DNA from: Candidatus Saccharimonadota bacterium
GTDB lineage: Bacteria; Patescibacteriota; Saccharimonadia; Saccharimonadales; Saccharimonadaceae
Reading direction: 5' to 3'
Length of the DNA stretch: 32,000 nt
Assembly (NCBI GenBank): GCA_023898645.1
Contig: CP060232.1
Coordinates: 420,001-452,000 of the forward strand
This document shows positions 8,091 to 14,833 of this stretch, piece by piece. How positions within the stretch are numbered: the first letter of the stretch is position 1; each line of letters begins with the position of its first letter. The notes beneath the pieces are model-generated. The model worked only from the letters and a program-made list of their open reading frames with translations. It searched no databases and was not told where the DNA came from. Position numbers and translations under genes: made by a program.

Positions 8091-8675
8091 TCAGGAGGAC
8101 TTGATCGTGGCCGCGGCAACGCGCTGGGCAACACTCTGGCGTGTAGCTTCGGCGTGACCAGCGGAGACGAGCGCCTGGGCGAATCCGCTCAGCTGCTTGT
8201 TGGCGTTACGATTGCTCGGACGCTTGCGCTGCTGATTTGCCTCGGTTCGTTCTTGCTCTTTCTTGGCCATCAGGGGCTCGAAGAAGTCGCAGTTACGACC
8301 GCGGACGGCCAGCTGGTCGTCGACTTTGGCGAATGCCGAGTCGGGTACCAGATTGCATCCGTAGACGAATGCCTCTTGTGCGAGCTGAAGCTTGTCGCCG
8401 GACATTTCGTCGCTGGGCTCGAAGTTATCGACTCCACTCCAGAAATCGATTCGATACTGGAAGTCGGTGGTCTCCTCGATGTTCCTGAGCTTCAGGTACT
8501 CGGAGGCGTGGGCCTGCACCTGCTTGCAGATCGCTTGGACGCGACTTGTGCTGGTAATCCATCGCGGCTGCGGCTTGCGACCGCCGGTGCGATTGACCAC
8601 CTTGGGGTCGGCCACGACACGCCGCTTCTTGCCGGCGTTCTTGACCTTCGGTGATACCTTCTGCTTGGCGGGCAT
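8091..8675 (-). CDS. orphan protein B (194 aa), Lys/Arg-rich N-terminus, GC-rich gene
   Basis: The start is set at ATG 8675 (RBS GAGAGGA 5 nt upstream). The track start at 8762 lies inside the promoter. No recognisable motif. Confidence 0.6.
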   Translation of the reverse strand: MPAKQKVSPKVKNAGKKRRVVADPKVVNRTGGRKPQPRWITSTSRVQAICKQVQAHASEYLKLRNIEETTDFQYRIDFWSGVDNFEPSDEMSGDKLQLAQEAFVYGCNLVPDSAFAKVDDQLAVRGRNCDFFEPLMAKKEQERTEANQQRKRPSNRNANKQLSGFAQALVSAGHAEATRQSVAQRVAAATIKSS

Positions 8676-8733
8676 TTCTATCCTCTCAATTGTAGGTACT
8701 TTGATGGGCTTTCCTACCATCAGTGTTGGATGC

Positions 8734-8762
8734 ATTATAGCATAAGTAGTGTAAAATGTCAA
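8734..8762 (-). promoter_or_regulatory. consensus promoter TTGACA-17-TATAAT for gene B
   Basis: The minus strand reads TTGACATTTTACACTACTTATGCTATAAT. Confidence 0.65.
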
Positions 8763-8771
8763 TATATGAGA

Positions 8772-8806
8772 AGACCCCCTGCCAGTGGATTCTGGTCAGG
8801 GGGTCT
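8772..8806 (-). terminator. terminator hairpin of gene A
   Basis: AGACCCCCTG ... CAGGGGGTCT 10-bp stem with inner CCAG/CTGG pairs. Confidence 0.6.
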
Positions 8807-8817
8807 AGGGGTGGGAG

Positions 8818-9651
8818 TTAGTTTGGCGGTTTGTTGGCGGCTTCGATCAGCAGAGGCGTCAGCTCTTTAACCAACGCTTCCGCGATCTCGGATTCAGGCT
8901 CATCTGCGGTGGATTCCGTAGATTCACTTGATTCCTTGGCGTCAACCTGTGCATCCACTTCGGCTTCACGGCTTGACCAGAACTCACGCTTGATTTGCTT
9001 GAGTTCGGGGCCACGGACTTCATTAGCCCAGAGCTTGAAGGCAACGAAACTGGGTCTCGTTTCCTTGTCGTCATAGCGGTTTGCTTTTGTCTCGATTTGA
9101 GCCAGTGCAACATCGACACGATCAAGCTCTGCCTCGAGGCCTTGGCAATACCAGTCCGCCTCTTCGATCATGGCGTATGGCTTGACGGCCGTGTCGTCTT
9201 TGTCTGCAGCGAGTGACTTACCCGGCTGCATTTCGGACGCTACGACAATCAAGAACGCTGATTGAATGCCTTTGACCTGGAAATCCGTCAAGACGGATGT
9301 GTCGGAAAGTTGTCCCATCCAATACCATTTTAGGATCTTGGCGTGGACACTTTCGAGCGGTCCGTAGCACAGCTCTGCGACGAGTCGCATTGCCGCGTAC
9401 TTTTGCTTGTCATTCCAGGCCATGATGCCGTACGACCGCCCCTTTGGGGTTTTGGCCTGTGTACGTTGACGGTCCTGGATGAATAGTTCGACGACCAGAT
9501 CACAGGTCAGACGACGTACGACCTCTCTGGCCGGCGTCACCTTTCTGTATACGGTCTTTCTCGTTCGCTTGTCAGTGAACGAGTAGGGCTCGTAGATGAT
9601 CTTGTCGTAGCGAGCGGGTACGCTCTTTTTCGACTCTTGGCTGTTCACCAT
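8818..9651 (-). CDS. orphan protein A (277 aa), acidic Ser/Glu-rich C-terminus
   Basis: ATG preceded by CAGGGAG. Has its own promoter and terminator. No recognisable motif. Confidence 0.65.
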   Translation of the reverse strand: MVNSQESKKSVPARYDKIIYEPYSFTDKRTRKTVYRKVTPAREVVRRLTCDLVVELFIQDRQRTQAKTPKGRSYGIMAWNDKQKYAAMRLVAELCYGPLESVHAKILKWYWMGQLSDTSVLTDFQVKGIQSAFLIVVASEMQPGKSLAADKDDTAVKPYAMIEEADWYCQGLEAELDRVDVALAQIETKANRYDDKETRPSFVAFKLWANEVRGPELKQIKREFWSSREAEVDAQVDAKESSESTESTADEPESEIAEALVKELTPLLIEAANKPPN

Positions 9652-9704
9652 GTTAACTCCCTGTAGGTACTTCGCATCGACACGGTGTCGACAGCAATAG
9701 GGTT

Positions 9705-9733
9705 ATTTTAGCATAAATACAATAGAAAGTCAA
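9705..9733 (-). promoter_or_regulatory. promoter TTGACT-17-TAAAAT for gene A
   Basis: The minus strand reads TTGACTTTCTATTGTATTTATGCTAAAAT. The leader contains the palindrome TCGACACGGTGTCGA (9677-9691). Confidence 0.6.
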
Positions 9734-9779
9734 TCTGTTATATAGTAACTATGTCTTTTTAAAGCATAAGCGGATACTG

Positions 9780-9788
9780 TGCTATAAT
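9780..9788 (+). promoter_or_regulatory. extended -10 (TGcTATAAT) for the KH gene
   Basis: Read directly from the sequence. The -35 is weak. Confidence 0.4.
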
Positions 9789-9829
9789 AAAGGAACGATA
9801 CTACTGATACGACCGCAAAGGGGGCAAAT

Positions 9830-10279
9830 ATGTCAGCAACAATAGATCAGCAATTTGTCGAATATATCGTAAAGTCACTTGTAGGACATCCGGACGACGT
9901 TTCTGTCGAGCGGATTATAGATGAAAAGGGCGTCCTGCTTTCACTCACGGTTCACCCAGAAGATTTGGGTCGCGTGATTGGAAAGCGTGGAATTACTGCA
10001 CAGAGCTTGCGTACGTTACTACGTGCTCTTGGTACTAAGAACGACGCGCGTTACAACCTGAAAATCGTCAACACTGACGGTGGTCGCGATGAGGTTATTT
10101 CCTCAAGTGACGACTCAGCGCCAGTAGTTTCTGACGATGTGGCTGACGACGCCGCAGATGATAGCGACGAGCCTGTGGAAGAATCTACAGAGGAAGTTGT
10201 GGAAAACCAGGACGATGAGTCTGATTATGCGAAAAAGTCTCGAAAAGAGCTTGCCGAACTCGACGACCTTGATATATAA
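9830..10279 (+). CDS. KH-domain RNA-binding protein (YlqC/KhpA-like) with a long acidic C-terminal extension
   Basis: KH core GRVIGKRGITAQSLRTLL. Sits between rpsP and trmD, as in other bacteria. The tail is rich in D/E. Confidence 0.8.
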   Translation: MSATIDQQFVEYIVKSLVGHPDDVSVERIIDEKGVLLSLTVHPEDLGRVIGKRGITAQSLRTLLRALGTKNDARYNLKIVNTDGGRDEVISSSDDSAPVVSDDVADDAADDSDEPVEESTEEVVENQDDESDYAKKSRKELAELDDLDI

Positions 10280-10365
10280 TCATAACTAGTTCAAACACAA
10301 TCTGAACTGCGAGCCTAGCGAGATAGCACCACCTATATCGCTTGAGAGATTTATGTGTAAAAAAT

Positions 10366-10389
10366 GACCCCAATAGGGGTCGTTTTTTA
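10366..10389 (+). terminator. intrinsic terminator of the KH gene
   Basis: GACCCC-AATA-GGGGTC followed by GTTTTTT. Confidence 0.75.
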
Positions 10390-10395
10390 TTGCTA

Positions 10396-10422
10396 TAAAA
10401 AAGCCCGCCGGAAAAGCGGCGG
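10396..10422 (-). terminator. intrinsic terminator of 10480-10821
   Basis: CCGCCG-GAAAAG-CGGCGG, followed on the minus strand by GGCTTTTTTAT. Confidence 0.6.
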
Positions 10423-10479
10423 TCGAGCGTACTGCTCTCCATTGGGCTTTTCCGACGGTATATCTATCTCGTGGTACCG

Positions 10480-10821
10480 TTATTTATATATTGCGAGGCG
10501 TTTCGGACGGTCTTTGGCAAGCAGGTCTGCTTGAAGCATAGTCCGTTCGAAGGTTAGTTTTTTGAGAGGCTCCCAGAGCACGCTGGCTGCGAAGACGGCC
10601 CCGCCTACAAAAAACAATGCAACGGTAACGTAATCGTGAAAGGTCGATATTGTTTCAGGGTGTACGGTGTGTTGATGCATGGTAGTAACGGCAGCTTTGC
10701 CTATAACGATCCACACACAAATCCAGGCTGCGTATCCAAATAACAAGAGAAACATGATGTCCTCGATGCGTTGGAGACGCTCTTCCTTTTGTCGTTTGAA
10801 CTCCTTGCGTGAAAGACCCAC
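10480..10821 (-). CDS. hypothetical 2-TM membrane protein (113 aa, GTG start)
   Basis: RBS GAGGAGAAGG upstream of the GTG. Two hydrophobic segments. Confidence 0.55.
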   Translation of the reverse strand: MGLSRKEFKRQKEERLQRIEDIMFLLLFGYAAWICVWIVIGKAAVTTMHQHTVHPETISTFHDYVTVALFFVGGAVFAASVLWEPLKKLTFERTMLQADLLAKDRPKRLAIYK

Positions 10822-10885
10822 GTGCGCCTTCTCCTCTTCTAAATGTGCTCGTACTATATCTAAACGGTAGAACGAATATGAGGGT

Positions 10886-10914
10886 AGTATAAAAATGATT
10901 TACAAAAATGTCAA
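10886..10914 (-). promoter_or_regulatory. promoter TTGACA-17-TATACT for 10480-10821
   Basis: Read on the minus strand. Overlaps the divergent trmD promoter. Confidence 0.55.
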
Positions 10915-10927
10915 GATGACATACAAT
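10899..10927 (+). promoter_or_regulatory. promoter TTTACA-17-TACAAT for trmD; leaderless-type spacing
   Basis: The -10 is followed by 7 nt (TTAACAG) and then the ATG at 10935. No Shine-Dalgarno sequence. Confidence 0.55.
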
Positions 10928-10934
10928 TTAACAG

Positions 10935-11594
10935 ATGAGAAAGTTCCAAGTAATCACCTTGTTTCCCGATATGTTTACGGGTGTATTTGGCAGTTCTATG
11001 ATGTGGAAGGCGCAGAAAGATGGCAAAGTTGAGTTGTCGACGGTAGATCTACGCCAGTTTGGTTTAGGGCCACGCAAAACGGTTGATGACACTCCGTATG
11101 GCGGTGGTGACGGCATGTTGCTGATGGCTGAGCCTTTATTTGCAGCTGTTGAGGCAGCCAAAAAGAATGACTCTGATGCTAAAGTGCTGCTAATGACGGC
11201 TCGGGGGCGGCGTTGGAAGCAGGAGGCTGCTCAAGCGCATGCCGATAGCAATGATAGCTATATATTAATTTGTGGTCGCTACGAGGGTTATGACGAACGA
11301 ATAACCACACTAGTAGACGAGCAGATTAGTGTAGGTGACTATGTACTGACAGGTGGCGAATTACCGGCTATGACGGTAGTAGACAGTGTCGTACGGCTGA
11401 TACCTGGCGTGCTCGGCGGTGAAATGAGTGCCGAGATTGAAAGTTTTAGCGATGGCGAGACGCTTGAGTTTCCGCAATACACACGTCCAGAAGAATTTCG
11501 AGGCATGAAAGTGCCAGAGGTATTACTCAGTGGAAATCACGCTGCAATTGCCAAGTGGCGAGCAGAGAACTCTCTGAAGGCAGACAAAGAATAA
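10935..11594 (+). CDS. trmD: tRNA (guanine37-N1)-methyltransferase
   Basis: TrmD motifs GRYEGYDERI and LLSGNHAAIAKWR. Confidence 0.9.
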   Translation: MRKFQVITLFPDMFTGVFGSSMMWKAQKDGKVELSTVDLRQFGLGPRKTVDDTPYGGGDGMLLMAEPLFAAVEAAKKNDSDAKVLLMTARGRRWKQEAAQAHADSNDSYILICGRYEGYDERITTLVDEQISVGDYVLTGGELPAMTVVDSVVRLIPGVLGGEMSAEIESFSDGETLEFPQYTRPEEFRGMKVPEVLLSGNHAAIAKWRAENSLKADKE

Positions 11595-11600
11595 AGTAAA

Positions 11601-11621
11601 GACCCGTCACGAGGACGGGTC
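11601..11621. terminator. hairpin shared by convergent trmD and gene C
   Basis: GACCCGTC-ACGAG-GACGGGTC. It overlaps the stop codon of gene C and has a T-rich tract on the minus side. Confidence 0.6.
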
Positions 11622-11948
11622 TGTGGATTTGGAAAGAAGGTTTTCCCAGCTGCCTTCGTTGGCGATTTGCTCAACATAGGACGGCTGCCAGCCGAGATAC
11701 TCTGCGAACTGCGCAAGGCAATCCAGCATGTCATCACACCGCGTACGCAGGTAAATGCGCGTTTGATTGGCATAGTGCTCACACACTTTCGCCTCTTGGA
11801 TTTGCTCGTTCAGTTTGGTCAGCTGCTCCTCGTATTCGAACAAGAAGGTCGCTGGCTTGGGTAGAATTGCTTGGACGAACTCAGCAGGGTAGCCGTGCCA
11901 CTGGACGAACGGGTCGCAGCAGCTGAGTTGGATGTCGTCGTCGTTCAC
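11607..11948 (-). CDS. orphan protein C (113 aa, GTG start)
   Basis: RBS AGGAG lies 4 nt before the GTG, with a consensus promoter upstream. No recognisable motif. Confidence 0.55.
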   Translation of the reverse strand: MNDDDIQLSCCDPFVQWHGYPAEFVQAILPKPATFLFEYEEQLTKLNEQIQEAKVCEHYANQTRIYLRTRCDDMLDCLAQFAEYLGWQPSYVEQIANEGSWENLLSKSTDPSS

Positions 11949-11984
11949 TTCGCTCCTATGGGTTGTGAAAAGTACGTGATATAT

Positions 11985-12013
11985 ATTATACCAAATTTAT
12001 ATAAAAATGTCAA
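11985..12013 (-). promoter_or_regulatory. consensus promoter TTGACA-17-TATAAT for gene C
   Basis: The minus strand reads TTGACATTTTTATATAAATTTGGTATAAT. Confidence 0.65.
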
Positions 12014-12029
12014 TATACCTTGTATATAG

Positions 12030-12056
12030 AAACACCCCGGTATGGTCGGGGTGTTT
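12030..12056 (-). terminator. 10-bp hairpin, possible distal terminator of 12231-12797
   Basis: AAACACCCCG-GTATGGT-CGGGGTGTTT, followed on the minus strand by a moderately T-rich CTATATAC tract. It lies about 175 nt past the stop codon. Confidence 0.4.
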
Positions 12057-12230
12057 CCTGTTGTGGTGGATATCGTAGAGCGATCAGTCACAACATATTT
12101 TTTGTACTTTCGTACTTTTTGTTTTGGAGTGTATGTTTGTTTTTGTAACTTTCGCTGTATTTAAGATACATGCTAGACGAGCAAAACGCAAGCGTTATGA
12201 CAAAAACACAACACTTTTATGACAGGCGCT

Positions 12231-12797
12231 TTATGACTTGGCAAGTTTATGTGTCATATTTTTGACGTCTATAGAGAGAGCTATCCATAGCGGACCGCTA
12301 ATCAGCGCAAAGAGGCCGATGATCCATACGAATGCGACACCGCTGCTTGCTGGCTGAAAAAGCATCATGACGCCGGCTAAAACAGCTAGTCCACCAGTAA
12401 TACTTAGTAGGGATTTACTCATAGCTGAGGCTGTTTCGTCGGCAAGTGCCGCTACGACTTCAAAGATACCGAGGACGATAAGGCTGAACGCAACGATGAG
12501 CACGAGGAGTGTAAATGATACAAGGGGGTGACGGAGAAGGTAGATACCAACACCCACTTCAAGAACGCCTAGTAATAGCGTTAAAAACCAGGCCTTTTGG
12601 TGCCCTATTGACGCAATACCCTGAAAAACCGATACCATACCTGCTACGAGTATGTAGATGCCAAACAGGTACACGAATGTAGCCAGTGTTAGTCCGGGCC
12701 AAAATACGCACGCTATGCCGAATAGTATTGTAAAAATACCACGCATAGTCAGCGTCCACCAATTACTTTGCCAGTACAGCAGTTCCTCTGAAACCAT
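12231..12797 (-). CDS. HdeD/DUF308-like multi-TM membrane protein
   Basis: Strong RBS AAGGAGG. The repeated pattern W..L.GI..I.LGI..L..P resembles HdeD-family proteins; this is by-eye similarity only. Confidence 0.6.
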   Translation of the reverse strand: MVSEELLYWQSNWWTLTMRGIFTILFGIACVFWPGLTLATFVYLFGIYILVAGMVSVFQGIASIGHQKAWFLTLLLGVLEVGVGIYLLRHPLVSFTLLVLIVAFSLIVLGIFEVVAALADETASAMSKSLLSITGGLAVLAGVMMLFQPASSGVAFVWIIGLFALISGPLWIALSIDVKNMTHKLAKS

Positions 12798-12926
12798 GTG
12801 ATCCTCCTTTGTTTCTCAATGTTTCCTTACATACATTTTTGTACTAAATGAGATAAAAGTTTGTGTGAAAACATACAAGTCCGACAAATAGCAGGGTGTG
12901 GCTCGTGGTGCTATACTAGAGGTACT

Positions 12927-13400
12927 ATGGTACAGCTTGCACATGCAACTAAAGCTTTGGCGCCACGATCCGATGTAGTTAGAAACGCTGCTTGGGTATA
13001 CGCGGCCGTCCTGACGGTCATGGCGGTGGCGCAATTGTTCGCCTTTGAGGACTTTGTGCCAATGATGGCAAACTACAGTCTGCCGGGTGGCCACGGTACT
13101 GCTATTTTGTTTGCGTGCTTAATTGTATTTACAGAGGTATTTGCAGTTCCTTTCTTGCTTAGGATGCCACTTAGTCAGCTCATGCGTTGGGTAGGACTGG
13201 CGTGTAGCGTGCTGGCGCCTCTTATGTGGGTGAAGCTGGCTGTCGTAGGAATCGTCGGCGGGTCTACGGTAGTAAATAGCGGTCTATTAGGGACGAAGGT
13301 CACCATTCATGCTGGCGTGCTGTCGCTAATCGTATCTATTGTGCTATTGGCGCTGTCTATGTGGACTGCTTGGGGTCTGTGGCCCACAAAAAACCGGTGA
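12927..13400 (+). CDS. hypothetical 4-TM membrane protein (possibly DoxX/MauE-like)
   Basis: ATG at 12927 with AGAGG upstream (the track ORF starts earlier). Hydrophobic throughout. The family guess is weak. Confidence 0.55.
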   Translation: MVQLAHATKALAPRSDVVRNAAWVYAAVLTVMAVAQLFAFEDFVPMMANYSLPGGHGTAILFACLIVFTEVFAVPFLLRMPLSQLMRWVGLACSVLAPLMWVKLAVVGIVGGSTVVNSGLLGTKVTIHAGVLSLIVSIVLLALSMWTAWGLWPTKNR

Positions 13401-13467
13401 AATAGTACGTTGTTGCCACCCTCGTACTGAAGTATCATGAAAGTGATAACGCCGGAGGAATGGATAT

Positions 13468-14004
13468 ATGTCAAAGTCTAGTAATGATGGATTCGAAGAA
13501 GATCTTGCTGGTTGGTATGAAAATATGCCACATATGCCAAAAAACGTACGCGAGCAGCTGGCAAGAAATGTATGGTGGTTGGTGCTGATCGGTACGATTG
13601 CTAGCACATTAGGGCTACTCTACATCATACCTGTGTTTTTTGCAGAGATGACTTATGCGCCCTACGAAGCTATTTACGGTATACGCTATGATGCCATTAG
13701 TAGAGATATTGGTCGGTTGAGTGCGTCGTTGACGCTGATAGGGCACATAATAACAACTGTGTTGATGGCGGTGGCAGCTAGTCCGCTGAAAGCGCGGCTT
13801 TATGCGGGGTGGCGCATACTGTTTTGGTCATTTGCTATAAATTTCATTTTGAGCATTTTGAGTATGGTGTTGATTGTGAATCTTCTCAGTATTGCCATCA
13901 TGGTAGCGCTTGCTGTTGCGGTAGGCTACGTATTGTTTGAAATTCGTGACTGTTTTGACGATTTCAAACTAAATACAAATGAAATTAGCACTCGGAAAAA
14001 TTAG
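13468..14004 (+). CDS. hypothetical multi-TM membrane protein
   Basis: RBS GGAGGA. Four hydrophobic segments. Confidence 0.6.
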   Translation: MSKSSNDGFEEDLAGWYENMPHMPKNVREQLARNVWWLVLIGTIASTLGLLYIIPVFFAEMTYAPYEAIYGIRYDAISRDIGRLSASLTLIGHIITTVLMAVAASPLKARLYAGWRILFWSFAINFILSILSMVLIVNLLSIAIMVALAVAVGYVLFEIRDCFDDFKLNTNEISTRKN

Positions 14005-14021
14005 ATATATCATCGGACGGA

Positions 14022-14336
14022 CTATTTTTCGCTGTCTACGTCGAGCTCGATACCGGTAGACGTATGCAAAAACAAGTTGGCGATTAGCGATAAAACCGCA
14101 CCGTAAAGCCAGCCGAACAGGAAAGCAATCAGCGGGATGACGACGAGGCTAAACAGGGCTACACCGATGGTGCCGAAAATTCTTTCAAATATGTTCCACC
14201 CCTGTTGGGTTAAGACTGCCGATATGCCGCCGAATAGTGCAACGAAACTAGCAGCGAATCCCAATATGGCTTGCGCAACACCTGTAAACCTGGCGACGGA
14301 GCCTACTCCGAGTCGTCGGATGATAATTTTTTTCAT
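14022..14336 (-). CDS. hypothetical small membrane protein (DUF3566-like pattern)
   Basis: RBS AGAGGGGGA. The N-terminal RRLGVGSVARF followed by TM segments resembles DUF3566; this assignment is weak. Confidence 0.55.
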   Translation of the reverse strand: MKKIIIRRLGVGSVARFTGVAQAILGFAASFVALFGGISAVLTQQGWNIFERIFGTIGVALFSLVVIPLIAFLFGWLYGAVLSLIANLFLHTSTGIELDVDSEK

Positions 14337-14434
14337 ATTTCCCCCTCTTTTAAGTTATCTGTAATACTAGATATAGTATTGATGGTGAGCTAAGTCAGTG
14401 GGCTATTTCACAGCTAGCATCAGGACTCTAGAAG

Positions 14435-14443
14435 TGTTATAAT
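14435..14443 (+). promoter_or_regulatory. extended -10 (TGtTATAAT) upstream of tRNA-Gln
   Basis: Read directly from the sequence, about 17 nt before the mature tRNA 5' end. Confidence 0.45.
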
Positions 14444-14459
14444 CTGTTTCTGAACCTAT

Positions 14460-14534
14460 TGGGGATTCGCCAAGTGGTAAGGCACTGGTTTCTGGTACCA
14501 GCATTCGGGGGTTCGAATCCCTCATCCCCAGCCA
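14460..14534 (+). tRNA. tRNA-Gln (anticodon CUG), CCA encoded
   Basis: The cloverleaf was folded by hand. Acceptor is TGGGGAT/ATCCCCA, anticodon stem CTGGT/ACCAG with loop TTCTGGT, T arm GGGGG-TTCGAAT-CCCTC. Length is 75 nt. It aligns closely with the canonical bacterial tRNA-Gln architecture. Confidence 0.93.
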
Positions 14535-14537
14535 TGA
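14517..14537 (+). repeat. direct repeat copy 1 (ATCCCTCATCCCCAGCCATGA): 3' end of tRNA-Gln plus 3 nt
   Basis: Identical 21-mer at 14703-14723. Confidence 0.9.
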
Positions 14538-14541
14538 AAAA

Positions 14542-14572
14542 AGTCCAAGGTCTGTAGGCCTCGGACTTTTTT
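14542..14572 (+). terminator. intrinsic terminator after tRNA-Gln
   Basis: GTCCAAGGTCT/AGGCCTCGGAC hairpin followed by TTTTTTC. Confidence 0.7.
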
Positions 14573-14575
14573 CTT

Positions 14576-14634
14576 TGGTGGCGAATCGGGATCCGAACCC
14601 TCGCTTTTGCAAAGCAAAACGACGGAGGGTTCGG
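14576..14634. other. inverted tRNA-3'-end-like fragment (...GGGTTCGGATCCCGATTCGCCACCA on the minus strand) embedded in a long imperfect hairpin
   Basis: CCGAACCCTC (14593-14602) pairs with GAGGGTTCGG (14625-14634), with an inner TTTTGC/GCAAAA stem. No full cloverleaf can be drawn. Confidence 0.5.
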
Positions 14635-14702
14635 CGCAGTGAGAGAAGCGAAAGAAAGCGCGTAGCATTTTCTTGAGCGAACGAACGGAGGAGCGGAGCG
14701 AT

Positions 14703-14723
14703 ATCCCTCATCCCCAGCCATGA
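14703..14723 (+). repeat. direct repeat copy 2 of the tRNA-Gln 3' end (orphan, no tRNA body)
   Basis: Identical to 14517-14537. The upstream sequence cannot form a T arm or acceptor stem. Confidence 0.9.
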
Positions 14724-14804
14724 GAATCGTCAGATTTTTTAGCTTGACGCCTCACTAATTAAGATTTGGCCAGATAGCTTCGGGATAATTTCTACATAAG
14801 CATA

Positions 14805-14833
14805 TTTACTTTTTTTCAAGCTTATGCTATAAT
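14805..14833 (+). promoter_or_regulatory. promoter TTTACT-17-TATAAT (with the CTTATGCTATAAT module) for the GT2 gene
   Basis: Read directly from the sequence. The ~85-nt leader contains nested hairpins (GCATGT...ACATGC; ACGGA-CAA-TCCGT). Confidence 0.55.

Noticed and set aside
8052-8745. Overlapping + strand ORFs (200, 83 and 117 aa) opposite gene B
   Set aside because: They are by-products of stop-codon depletion in a GC-rich stretch. Only the minus-strand frame has a consensus promoter, an RBS and a terminator. Without codon statistics, the choice of coding frame is still not fully proven.
14576-14638. Possible minus-strand tRNA-Cys(GCA): CCA end, T-loop-like TTCGGAT, GCA in a loop
   Set aside because: No acceptor 5' strand or D arm exists. 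The T stem has only 3 canonical pairs, and the supposed anticodon arm is really a 6-bp stem with a 3-nt loop. It is treated as a tRNA-derived fragment or hairpin, not a gene.
14403-14721. 102-aa and 94-aa minus-strand ORFs
   Set aside because: They run across tRNA-Gln, its terminator and the duplicated tRNA end. The repeated MAGDEG peptide is simply the translated direct repeat.
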